From Oculina patagonica (taxonomy: Eukaryota): a stretch of DNA of 64,000 nt. A model generated the notes under the pieces. That model worked only from the letters and a program-made list of their open reading frames with translations, searched no databases and was not told where the DNA came from. The position numbers and the translations under genes were made by a program. The stretch's first letter is position 1. Each line of letters opens with the position of its first letter. The stretch spans positions 372,001 to 436,000 of the forward strand of contig NC_135762.1 in assembly GCF_052425735.1 (NCBI RefSeq), given 5' to 3'. Positions 34,430 to 62,121 of this stretch are shown piece by piece.

Positions 34430-37373
34430 ATGGCGGAAAGCAGTGAAGGCGACGAGCTTCCACGGTGCTCGACGCTTTTTCTGACGGAAGATGGGTCACA
34501 GATGCACTTTTACATGACACCTTGTGCGATGAAAACGCGTCTTCGCCCACTAATAACTGTAGGTCTTGTTAAAGGTCTTTCTAAACATTAGACAGTTGTG
34601 AATGCTTACTTCCATATTCCAGTACAGCTGGCTGTTGTCGTAGAAATGTTTAGAACACCAAAATGTTGTTTTTAGTAAATCCATTCAAAGTACGTTAATT
34701 CCCTGACTTCGTTCTGTTATAAGCTTGTATTTACCTCCTTTTTCAGGATGGAGGTGGTCATCTTTCCAGCAAAGTTCTAACAGACTCTATTAAGTGAGTG
34801 GTAAACATTTGATTGTGTTTATTGCACCCCTGTCCCCTAGACCGGATATTTTAAGCAGGCATTTTGTGCTTAGGTTTGCTACAAGTTTGTATAGTGCGAT
34901 TTCCCAGCTGGTTGGCAAGCTTGAGAAACACTGTTCTGGTTGACTAACAGTTTGACAACTTGAGTTGACACTAGCCACTAGTGTGATAGATTAATAAGTA
35001 AGCTTAATGAAGCTTACACACTTGCATCTTCGGTTTTTCAACCTCTGTTCTGTTTTCTTGGAGGATGAAAGTAGAAGAGACAACTAACAGGTACCTACAA
35101 TGTATTAATTTGTACTTTTAGTTGCTTAGCNNNNNNNNNNNNNNNNNNNNNNNNNNNNNNNNNNNNNNNNNNNNNNNNNNNNNNNNNNNNNNNNNNNNNN
35201 NNNNNNNNNNNNNNNNNNNNNNNNNNNNNNNNNNNNNNNNNNNNNNNNNNNNNNNNNNNNNNNNNNNNNNNNNNNNNNNNNNNNNNNNNNNNNNNNNNNN
35301 NNNNNNNNNNNNNNNNNNNNNNNNNNNNNNNNNNNNNNNNNNNNNNNNNNNNNNNNNNNNNNNNNNNNNNNNNNNNNNNNNNNNNNNNNNNNNNNNNNNN
35401 NNNNNNNNNNNNNNNNNNNNNNNNNNNNNNNNNNNNNNNNNNNNNNNNNNNNNNNNNNNNNNNNNNNNNNNNNNNNNNNNNNNNNNNNNNNNNNNNNNNN
35501 NNNNNNNNNNNNNNNNNNNNNNNNNNNNNNNNNNNNNNNNNNNNNNNNNNNNNNNNNNNNNNNNNNNNNNNNNNNNNNNNNNNNNNNNNNNNNNNNNNNN
35601 NNNNNNNNNNNNNNNNNNNNNNNNNNNNNNGCGCGAAAATCTTCCAACATTGCAATTTTTCTTAAAACTTCACCAAAGCTAGTTTATCAGTTACTTTTAT
35701 CAGAAATGTAAAAAAAAGTGGGGGTCACCGACTTCGTTCCCAAGATACGATAAGCGAAAGAGGGCACGTATTTGGATAAATTTCACGTCGTCACTCGATA
35801 TGACCTCAGCGGCTTCGGGCGTCAAAATATTTTAAATGAATTGATGTAGGCTAACGTTCTTTGCCTAAATTTATTTCAGTGGGTCTATTGTACAAATATT
35901 TCGCTTTTGAAGTCCCTTAAGGAAAATCTTGTCTTAAAGAATTGGATTTGCGAAAACTCGAGGCTGGAAAATGTGACTGATTTGGTCGCGCGCGAGGGGA
36001 GAAAATGAAAAAAATAACAAACTTCCAACATTGGAATTTCGCTAATTTTTTGTCAATCAGTAGAGATGTATCAGTAAAGGTGGTATGTCCCGAAAAAAGT
36101 GGGGGTCACTGACCGTTTAAGAGAGGAAACTGCAAGCGAAGTTAACGCAATGGCTACCCACCTTATATGTGTTTGGAAAGTTTTCTCAGCGCGCGCGCTC
36201 ATGCATGACGTGGCATGACGTTTCGACATGAATTACGTGGGCAGTAAGGATGCGCATAAACAATTAGCGCGAACGTCCTTAAAACAACTGTCTAAATGCT
36301 CGCACAAAATTTAGACTACACAATTTCTGTAAAGAACGAAGAAATTTGTATGTACAGAGGTTGCTACGATAACCTTTTGATTTGTTAGTGCGAGATATTG
36401 CCTTCTTTTACTCGTTCTAAATTTGTTAATTTCAAAAAATTGTCTTCTTTGACTCGTTCTAAATTCGTAAATTAAAAGTAAATTCACTTACCGTTAATTG
36501 TACGTGACTACATTCTTAATAACTTTGCCATTTGCTTACGCCTTTTTTGCGCGAGCATTTAGACAGTTGTTTTCCTTTATGGCGAAGTCCCTTAAAAGTA
36601 AGGAAAGCCGCCCACCAAGTCACTCTCACAGATGCTGCACCATTTTATAAATGCAGGTGCTGTCATGTAATTTGAATCAGCACAATCAAATACATACATT
36701 TTTAAATTTATTAAACAGATACAATGACAGAAAAAAAAATCAACTTACAGAACATTTTTGGCTTCAAAGGCCAATGCAGTTGAACCTCTTTAAATATGGT
36801 CACCAAAGGGCAGGAAAGAGTGTCTGTATTATGTCAAGTCAAGTCAACTTTATTTAGGCAGGGTGGCCCATGTATGGAGATGCCTGTATTACAGAGGTAG
36901 AGTTTATAAGAATTTTTGTCTCTTTCGAACCAACTGACCTGTACATAATAGGGAGGTGTCTGTACTATAGAGGATGAGTCCATAAGGAGAGGTCACCTAA
37001 GGAGCTTTCGGCCTGTGATCAAGAAAATTTCACTTGTTGGAAATCTTAGCTACATCTCTGTTAAACTTTGCAAACTATAATTTTGTTGAACTGTCAGAAC
37101 ACTGTTATGGCCTAACAGACTTAAATTTTGCCAAATTCATGTCTGGTACTGAAGTGGCTGGTAATTAGACATAAGGATGCTCTGAAGGTGAAGTTCATGT
37201 TATGAAGGCCTGTTTTTAATTTGTTTCTTTTATCAACAGGCAAAGAACAGTGGACATCAAAGGAGGACAAGATACTGTTGAGTAAAAACAAGGGAGAGAT
37301 TGCCAGCCTTGCAAAGAAGCGAGGTTTAAATGCTGTTGTTGACAGGATGAACTTTATGGAAGGGATCAACTAA
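34430..37373 (+). CDS. TERF2IP: Telomeric repeat-binding factor 2-interacting protein RAP1 (partial; central exons not visible, probably in the gap)
   Basis: Exon 34430-34558 MAESSEGDELPRCSTLFLTEDGSQMHFYMTPCAMKTRLRPLIT and exon 34747-34793 DGGGHLSS match the RAP1 BRCT start (human [34 protein letters not shown], recalled). Exons ~37119-37160 and 37240-37373 (WTSKEDKILL...LAKKRGLNAVVDRMNFM) match the RCT end (human WSRQDDIDL...LVKKFGAQNVARRIEF). aagatggcgg start context. Confidence 0.8.
35131..35630. other. Assembly gap (500 N)
   Basis: Run of n. Confidence 1.
35631..36282. mobile_element. One end of a TTAA-type DNA element (Kolobok-like) abutting the gap
   Basis: Ends gcgcgaacgtcc-ttaa; internal repeat aaaaaagtgggggtcac(c/t)gac twice; other end not visible. 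Confidence 0.4.
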
Positions 37374-39289
37374 ACTTATCCACTCATAACTTGTTTAGTT
37401 ACAATAATTATACAGGAACTGGTTGTATAGCACATCTTGACTGATGACGCAAGAGTTTTTTGTAAGTTCATTTTCAAAATTTGTTTGTCATCATCCCTTG
37501 TATCTACAATGGTCAATACTCAAAATTTGACTGTCAAGAAAAGCACTCCATCAGGGATTAACCATCATTATTCAAATGCAAATCAGGTTATGCGTTTCTG
37601 ATCAATTAAAGGGATGGTTTTTTGTTGTTGGTCATTAGACTGTACTTGGTCTCCGTTGGCTATTAGTTGATACAAACCAAGAACACAAAGTTTTAGTGTT
37701 TTAGCACAACCACTATCTGCAAAGTTACTGTTTTTATAAACTTAGCCAAACTGCCATGCATAAGTGTATGTTTAAAGTCTGTTTACAGTTTGGGCTTATT
37801 TGACTGATATGAACTGAAAATACCTACTGATGCAGCTACAAAATAACTTGTTGATTTTGATTTTTTTAAATAGTTCAAGTTGTTACAGTAAAATTCTGAT
37901 GATAAGCCCCGGGCTTAATTTTGTTCACAAGGCTTTCTTGGTTCGCCTAATTTTGAAGAAGTTTTCTTGCGTGGAATTTTTTAGATGCACCTCAGAATAC
38001 CATAAAGTGAAAATTCGGCCATTATTGAGTATTTGTGTTTGAGATTTGGGGGGCTTATTATCAGAAGTTTATGGAATTCGAGTTCCTCAGTATTAAAAAG
38101 TTATCAGAAATATACCCTCTAAAGACCATGTTACACAAGGCAATTTTCCTTGCAACTCAATTATGACTGAAAAACATTTGCAAGTAAAATGCATGCACCC
38201 ATAAGAAATTATCATAAAAATATCCTGCTAGCAAAGAATGTACTCTGATTTGCTCATTTTAATAAAATTGTGAACTGCAAGTTGAGATTGACATGTCACA
38301 CACAGCAACTTCTCTCACAACATTGTGAGAAGTAGACAGCTTTCTTGCAATGTAACATCAGTAACATTTTTTTAGCAGCTGGCAATGTAACATTTGTTGT
38401 GTTGAAAGTTGCAAGAAAAATTGCCTCTTCTAACAGCCATGCCTGTGTTCCAAAATGCATTAATGAAAAGTGGCCAAAAATCATGATACTCAGAGAAACT
38501 AAAAAAGAAATCACATTTTTGGTAACAGAGATGTAACATAGCACAGGTCACTTTGTATGCCTTACATGTATAGAGATAACAATACAAAGAAACTAGACTG
38601 AAGAAACACTTTTTAATAGTTTCTCAGGTAAAGGATAAAACTTTTTAAATGAAAAGTTGGATTTGATATAATGCAAAAACTTTCTGGATATCTGTACATT
38701 TTTTACAAAATTAGTGTATAAATCTAGAAAATACAAGTTAAAATTTATGTTAATATTGTATAGAAATTTCTAAACAAAAAGGAGGATTGTAATTATGGTA
38801 ACCATGTCTGCCATTTGTAAATGAAGAAAATACTTATAAAGAAGCGAGAGGTATGCTTTCATCATACATTCTTGTAATCTATTTGTGATAATTAAATTAA
38901 TATTGAAAAGAATTGATAGCAGTTGTTAAGTTGGTACAAATGTGAGAAAGATGTCAGTCAGTGATACAATCTACCTGGGAAACAGTTGGTGACAAAAGAC
39001 TCTAAACAATAATTTAGTATTAAAAAATAATTATTTACAATATAATTACAAATGATTATTATTTAATACTAAATTATAATAATTACATAAATAAATTATT
39101 ATTAACCAATATCTGGCTTTCATTGGGGACAAAACACAAACCTAGTGAGGACAGTATTAGTCATAAGCACAGTGAAGTGAAGGCTACAAGTGAGGCTGCA
39201 GCCTGCTCATCTTGTGCTAACAATATTCATCATGACTTTGCCATCAGGGAGGGGGTGGGGGAGGAAGGGAGGGGAGGGAGGGAGAAGCC

Positions 39290-39575
39290 ACGAGCCAAGC
39301 GGCCCACACTGCTGGAGCTTATCCCGGTTTCCGTAGCATTAAGCGGTTAGGAATATTTCTACTCCCCGTGAATGAGATGCTAGTCCATTGCAGGCTCCCC
39401 CCCCCCCCCAGCATTATGTCTCCGGTACCCATTTATACACCTGGGTGGAGAGAGGCACTATAGGAGTAAAGTGTCTTGCCCAAGAACACAACACAAGTGA
39501 CCCTGGCCAGGGCTCGAAATCGGACCGCTCAATCCGGAGTCCGGCACACTAACCATTAAGGTCACCGCACCTCCC
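39290..39575 (-). mobile_element. tRNA-derived SINE with conserved central domain, copy 1
   Basis: Minus-strand head gggaggtgcggtgaccttaatggttagtg...ttcgagccctgg (A/B boxes); core ggtacccatttatacacctgggtggagagaggcac...gtaaagtgtcttgcccaa; homologous copy at 51383-51657. Confidence 0.75.
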
Positions 39576-39868
39576 ATTGAGATGAAAATGGTTCTATTTG
39601 TAGGTTACTAAAAGTTCCCACATTCAGATTTCAATGGAACGTCAACTGTTCACTATTAACTCCACTGCAGGGACCATCTATGATACTTGTGACCAAGTTT
39701 TTTTCTCAAAACATGACCAAAATGTCAGTGTCACTGTGAAACACGAGCTGACCTCAGTGGTGATGAATTACAAAATTCTCTCTACCCTTTCATAACCAAA
39801 CAAGTTAGCAGGTCATAAGAAGTAATGATCTGATCATAGTAAGGAGATTTTACATGTCAACCTAACAG

Positions 39869-41933
39869 TCAAAATGCTAGTAAAGCATTTGGTGGCTTGT
39901 TTGATGATGCATTCTGCTGATCACTTTCCATAGACTCGTCTAGAATTCCTGGGCTAGATGCACAGCGAGGTATACCTTTGTTCTCAAGTGATAGCTGGCC
40001 AGGCCTTCCACCCGGCAGAGCCATTTCCCTGAGCAATGAGAACACAAGATTTTGAGGCTTAACTGACTGTCGGGCTAGCTTTTCTTTTTCTGCCTGTTTT
40101 CTTAGGAGTAGAAGATTATGCAGTGCGTCTTCATCTCCAGCCTCTGTTGCCATGCGGTAAAACCGTGCTGCCTCCTTTTTATCCACGGCAAATCCTCCGA
40201 GGCCATGCTCATAGAAAACTCCTAGATTGTATTGAGCTCCTGTGTGGCCATGCTCAGCTGCAGACTTGTACAAACTGGCAGCTTTTGACATGTCCCTTTC
40301 AACGCCAAGACCACGCTCATAGCATATCCCAAGGTTATACTGTGCCGATGGATCTTTTTTAGCTGCAGCCATTTTGAGGTAAGGAACTGCTTTATCATAA
40401 TCACAATGGCTGGATGATTCATCGGCATAGTACAACCCTAAGTAGGACTGTGCTTTACGCAAGCCATTTTCTGCAGCTCCTTCAAGAAGTTGTATTGATT
40501 GTTCAGGATCTTTTGGAAGGCCCCCGCCACCCTCCATGTACAACAGAGCCAGGTTATACATGGCACCAGCCTGGCCCTGTGCTGCTGCATTCTTATAACA
40601 CTCCACAGCCTTGGCCAAGTCTTTATCCACTCCTTTACCGTTCTCATAGCACAGACCAAGGTTAAACTGTGCCAGAGGATGGCCTCGTTCACTGGCTTGC
40701 ATGAAGAGCAAAAATGCTTTCTGGTGCTGTTTTAGTGATGCAAACTGTATACCTAGCTTGTTCTGGGTGGCTGCAGTGCATTCACTGAAGGAAGACTGAA
40801 AAGTTGCAATTGCCTGGTCCAGGGAGTCAGTGGGCTTGGCATTACCCCTGTACGTCTGAGTACTCTCGGCAACAGGAAGTACTCCCAGAGCGACATGTGG
40901 TTTGCTCACTGCAAAGACTTTTGACAAGAGTTGGGAAGGAATAGTCCTTACATCAACATGCCATGGAGAATTTTCATCTGTTATGAACTTACGGCATGCG
41001 AGAAGGCTGCACAGAGCGAGCACTCCCTTACACCACTGTGAAAGAGAAAAACAAAATAATGATATTAGGTTTAACTTGCCTGTTCAGAAACTAAATCGCT
41101 TTGAACAGTGCTCAATGGAGGGAAACCCACACACTAGAGTTAATATATTCAATCAGATCAAAACAAAACAGATCCCGGCAGATGATGCAACCATGTTCAC
41201 GCATGGTTGCCTCTCCTCTCTGTATAATATAAGGTAGGGGTGTGTATGGGAAGAACACAGTTTTGTACAAGTACAAAAACAACAGACACTGTCATAAAAC
41301 CTTTCCCTCAACCTTCAGACAATAGTGCATTTACTGTGTATCCTTACTAGTAAAATATAGCATAAATTAGCAAGCCAAAATAAATATAAATATAGCACTA
41401 AACAAACACGTGTGTCTGACTCTTACTGCAGGAATTTTCAGTTTCGCTTACCGATCGTATTTCTCCACGAAAGGGATTAGAATCTTCATCCTTCTTCCCA
41501 CGGGCAAAACGAAACGAGAAAGTCAGCGTTCGATTTCTTTGGTCGTTCTGAATGCTCTGCAGAATGCATCGCACGAGGTCAAATCCCAAGTTGAGTGCTT
41601 CGCTATTGCTTTCTTCACAGTACTTTTTGGCGTCTGTAGCCAAAACTACTTTCCCGTGACGAGCTCTCGACTTATGAAGAGCTTTTTCTTTCTCATCTGG
41701 TATTGCATTGTTCACATCTTCGTTCTTCTCAGCAGCTTGAATCTGCCCAAGACGAAGAGATGCATTCCCGGGACGGCCGTTTACTGTAAACGAGAACGAT
41801 AGTGATAAGCAAGCTTACGATATTAAAGCAAAGGGACCGGCGATCTTTTCCCAATATTTCTGCATAACAAACAGTTTACTTTATAAAAAAAACATTAAAT
41901 CCACTAACCTTTTCTGTAGATTAATCTCCACAT
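39869..41933 (-). CDS. DELE1: DELE1-like mitochondrial stress sensor (Sel1-like repeats)
   Basis: Exons 41933-41909, 41783-41452, 41035-39869 join in frame. Starts MWRLIYRK (vertebrate DELE1 starts MWRL, recalled); hydrophobic WCKGVLALCSLL segment; about five Sel1 repeats (AQFNLGLCYENGKGV, AQYNLGICYERGLGV, AQYNLGVFYEHGLGG); C-terminal SSP motif. Confidence 0.72.
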
Positions 41934-42805
41934 CTTTTGTGGGCTATTTACATTATAAATTCCTACTTTTTTAAGACGTTCTTCTCGCTAAACTATCGCC
42001 ATGCCTGGATGATATGGCGGCCTGGCGTCAGGTAGCTGGGAAATATACAATGATGTCACTGCAAATTGATTGGCTAAAAGGAAACAGGAAGTGCGTCATT
42101 TCGACGTCTGAGTTGTCGAGTCACGAGATTGAGAAAAGTCCCAATAAACGGGTGGAGAGGGATAGGAGAATTTTTCGTCAGCGTAAACGCTCGTCGACAA
42201 ATGAATTTAAAAAACAGAATTCCAGACGAATTCTTTGTTTTTTAAAGTTTAATTTGCAATGAAGTTTTCAAAAAAAAAAAATCACGGTGCAGGCTTCACA
42301 TGTGAACTACTACTAGGATGGGGTGGGTCATGTTGGCTTGCCGTTCTATTTTTGTTGCTTGAGGAAAAGTATTTTGGAATGGGTAAATAAAAAGAAAAGA
42401 AGGAAGAAAGTGAGAAAATGGGTCAACACACCAACTGTTGAAAATTTTTTATTCACTTTTATTATAAAAGAAAATAATGACTGATAATAAAAGGCCAAGG
42501 CTCTGTTTAGGAATTTCAAACTGTTTTGGACATGACATTCTGCTGTTGGCCTAACAGGCTTTCATTTTATCTTTCCAAGCACAGTGATCCAAATAGAGGC
42601 AAAAAGATCGATTTTGCTTTCTCCCGGCTACTAAGCTTCAAATGGCAATTGTGCAATAGTTTTTTTTGAAGGCGCTTTGTTAAATTTTCTAGTTAAACAT
42701 TAGAGTGAGTTTGTCTCTTCACCACAGAGATGTGATGGCAGTTTTTGTTAAGAACTAAGACTTCTGAATTAGAGACAACTACATCCAAATGTGTCTTACA
42801 TGGAA

Positions 42806-43965
42806 GAGGGGGACATGGGGGGACCCTGAACACCGCAACACCGCAAAAATATTTGTATAACTAGACAATATTTGACTGTATTTTGTCACAAATTAAACAT
42901 ATGGTACCGGTATGTGCTTTTAGCAAATAAGGACGGATTAACCAGCCTGCGAACTAACCTGCGATCAGGCTTTCTTTTTTTTCGCGGCGGAGGGATGTGG
43001 CGAAAAAAGGAAAGCCTGATACAATTACTTGTCAAGTCGTCTGCCGCCCCCTAATTAGAATATCTGTCAACGTCGTCGAGAATGTCGGCGATGCCATCAG
43101 ATAAGCGTGATTAGCACCTTCAAATATATTTTTACTCTCACAAACATGTGTTTGAATTTCCCTTTTTGAACGAGCTGTTCGGATGGTTTTTAAAATTTGT
43201 TTTCTGCAAAGGCTGATTTTGTGTAAGGCTCAGGTCTGACATTTCAAGGTCGTAGTTTTCGTCACTGGCACGATCGTCTGGCGTCTTTGGTGGTGTGATA
43301 TAATACTGTCGACACCAACGACACCATTGGTGGTAGATCACGCTCTTGCCGAATCCCGTCGGAAGCACCGCCAAAACATCTTTTCTTTCACAAACTATTC
43401 GTCGAATACACTCCCTTTGTTCGTCTTTAAAGGTTTTGTGAACAAAATTCTTGAGAGATTTTCTAAAAGCTTGAAGAACTCGCTTCATTCCGCTCAACAC
43501 CCGCCACGATAACAATCATTTACGTACGATATTTTTGGACCGGAAATTAGACTTGAACTCAATTAGCCAATCAGGATAGAGTTCTAATGTTGCCTTTTGT
43601 TTCCTGACCAATCAGAAAAAAGTCCAGATTCTGGACTTTTTACAGACGACTCGACAAGTAATTGTATCAGGCGTTCATTTTTCCGTTAACTACACCGCCG
43701 CGAGAAAAATAACGCCTGATCGCAGGTTACCTGCGAACAGGCTCCTGCAAACATAACAGAGTTAAATTTAGTTCTGCAAGTGTTAGACAAGGAACCGTAA
43801 CACCGCTAATAATTTTAATTTGTTTCACCGAACACCGTAGGTTTTAAAACACAAACATCGCACACTGTAGGATTTGAAATCACCATAACACCGCAAGATG
43901 GGATTTTATTCACCGCAACACCGCATAAAAAAATTAGCAACATCGCAAACCCCCATGTCCCCCTC
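42806..43965. mobile_element. MITE with GAGGG termini hosting a nested Academ element
   Basis: gagggggacatgggg / ccccatgtccccctc; atggaa duplicated at 42800-42805 and 43966-43971; caccgcaa subterminal repeats. Confidence 0.7.
42955..43729 (-). mobile_element. Non-autonomous AcademH-type transposon with RecQ-like helicase fragment
   Basis: 16-bp TIR taacctgcgatcaggc / gcctgatcgcaggtta; perfect 9-bp TSD cctgcgaac; ORF 43138-43515 contains FKDEQRECI...DVLAVLPTGFGKSVIY (RecQ motif 0 and Walker A), then loses similarity. Confidence 0.8.
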
Positions 43966-44397
43966 ATGGAACATCATGTTAAACCGCCATTGCCAGCCTA
44001 TCGTAACCTCAAACAAGACCAGTTTGAGTGTTTAAAGAAGAATAGATAGGAATTTATGAAAATGAGAAATAATTTTGTTTCAGTTTTTCTTATGACTTAC
44101 AAATACCACCTGAAGCAAACATATTTCTTAATTTCAAATTTTGACCTTTCAACTTTTGATAAATTAATAACAAAATTGTGAAAATCCAAGACCAAACAAA
44201 TAGAGGCCAAGTTTTCTATTTCTATTAACATTTGGCATTGATATAACTCCACATTTATAAACACTTTCCATGGTTTTGTTTAGCCAAGACATTCTTAGCC
44301 ATTGTCAGTAGTTAGGTCTGCAAGGACAGATCCATCTGTCTGTGTTCAATGCAGGCTATCTTTAGTTTTGCTTGTTTGAATAAAGTTGAACTTTTTG

Positions 44398-45955
44398 TCA
44401 GCTTGGAAGTTGTGGACCCCCTCCAGAATAGTTTCCTGATATGTCAGCTTTGCTGAAGTCAAAACCTGGATTCTATCAAAGAACAATAACAATATAAATA
44501 AACAATTGAACAAATAAAAAAGCTCTAATGATATTGAAATATTTTTCAAGACAATGTCACTTAGTTGATGATTATCAATGTCACTTGTCTGCTTGACCTT
44601 ACCCCTCCCATGAGGTTTTTTTTGGTTTGAACTCTGCTCCCTTCTGGAAATTCCAGTTTTACCCCCCCCCCCCCCCCCTGCCTCTTGAAATTTTCAACGA
44701 TCACCCTTGGGGTAGGTATGGATATTTTTTGGGATGGGGAGACAAGTGATCACAGCTAGGGGTTTCAAATGGTCTTTGCGAGCATTTGCGAGCATGCGAG
44801 CACAGCGTTTTTCTTTGCGAGCACGAACATTGACAAAAATTAGCCTTGCGAGCAACGAGCACTTTTCAAAAACCTACCTCTACTAAAAACCGAGCATTCG
44901 AGCACTTGTAAAAATGTGCGAGCACGAGCAAACGAGCACCCACTAAAATTTGGCGAGCATTGCGAGCACTGCGACATTACGAGGGACCATTCTTGACTCC
45001 TACAGCTGCTCGGCAATACTTATAATATATAATGGGATGTACCTCTTTTTGGAACCTTTCTAATGTTAACTTCTTTTCCATTTCATTAAAAGTCCATGGG
45101 TCTGCAGAATATTCATTTGTTAACAGTGAATGCCAGCACTTTGCTGCATCTCGGCCAGATTTCACCAAAATAATTCGAACAAGCTCATTGTCTTCTGAAA
45201 TGAAAAGAAAAACAAACGATATCAAAATTACTTGCATTATTGTTATTACAAAATGTGTTATGAAACTTAAGTTAAGTGCCAGTGTGTTTAGCTACTAGGC
45301 TCTAGTTTGAACTTTATGTTGTTTTGACTATGTATAGTGTTCATTTTGGGCGAATGATAAATCCAGATTCGGATTCAGATCCAGATCTTATCCACATTTC
45401 GGGGATTAATTTTTGATGAGGCATGAGGTCCAACTATTAAAGCAATTGTATTGCAGTCTGGTAATTTTACCTCTTTTTAATCTGGACACCAGCTGGTTTG
45501 CTCCAGCGCCCCAGTTGGTTTGTGCGTTTGCAAGTCTGCATTCGCAACTGGGGGTTGTGAATACAAACTTACCCGAGTAGGGAATTAGACAAATAAAAAT
45601 TATAAACGCTATGACAATACCTAAAACCCAAGTGCTTTCATCGGCCAAAACAGTTCCAAAAAGTTCTCCCTATAAGGAAAAATCATGCAAACAAAATGCA
45701 ATAAGTTGTTTTAATAATCTGAACAAACCGTTCTCTCACAGTACACGCGTAAATCAAATCAGTCACCTTAAAAAACTCTTGTCCTTTTAAGCTAAATTTT
45801 ATACTCTTTGGCTTGATATCACATGAAATTTCCCTTCCTTTTGTTCCCTTTGGTACATTGACTTCGATGAAAACTTCCTCAATCGTTTGCGCCCAATTTC
45901 CCCAGGGAGTTTTTGACGGAACAACTCCGCTCTTCTCATCAAAATGGTCCGCCAT
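44398..45955 (-). CDS. NUDCD2: NudC domain-containing protein 2 (p23/CS co-chaperone)
   Basis: Exons 45955-45767, 45669-45621, 45194-45043, 44472-44398: MADHFDEKSGVVPSKTPWGNWAQT...GELFGTVLADESTWVLEDNELVRI...KLTLERFQKENPGFDFSKADISGNYSGGGP. Confidence 0.95.
44758..45001. mobile_element. MITE with gcgagca repeats in NUDCD2 intron 3
   Basis: Imperfect TIRs aggggtttcaaatggtc / gaccattcttgactcct; acagct on both flanks. Confidence 0.55.
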
Positions 45956-46151
45956 CTTGAAGAATGCCCTGTCAATGAGCTTACATGACGTACGTTTCTT
46001 TAACTGCATTTACCGCTGCCCAATTTTCAATGGAAAAATTCTTGTAATGCGCCTTGGCGCACGTGTGATTAATTCTTCTGCCGGTATTTTTAAATTTTCG
46101 CCCAATTTTCTGAGATTTGGAACTCGGGGACGCTGCTATACTGTTGAAGAG
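45956..46151. promoter_or_regulatory. Putative bidirectional promoter NUDCD2/LARS1
   Basis: Divergent ATGs at 45955 and 46152; contains tgacgta (CRE-like, ~45987) and cacgtg (E-box, ~46059). Confidence 0.6.

Positions 46152-62121
<15,970 letters not shown>

Noticed and set aside
35095-35682. Long poly-X ORFs
   Set aside because: Artefacts of the N gap.
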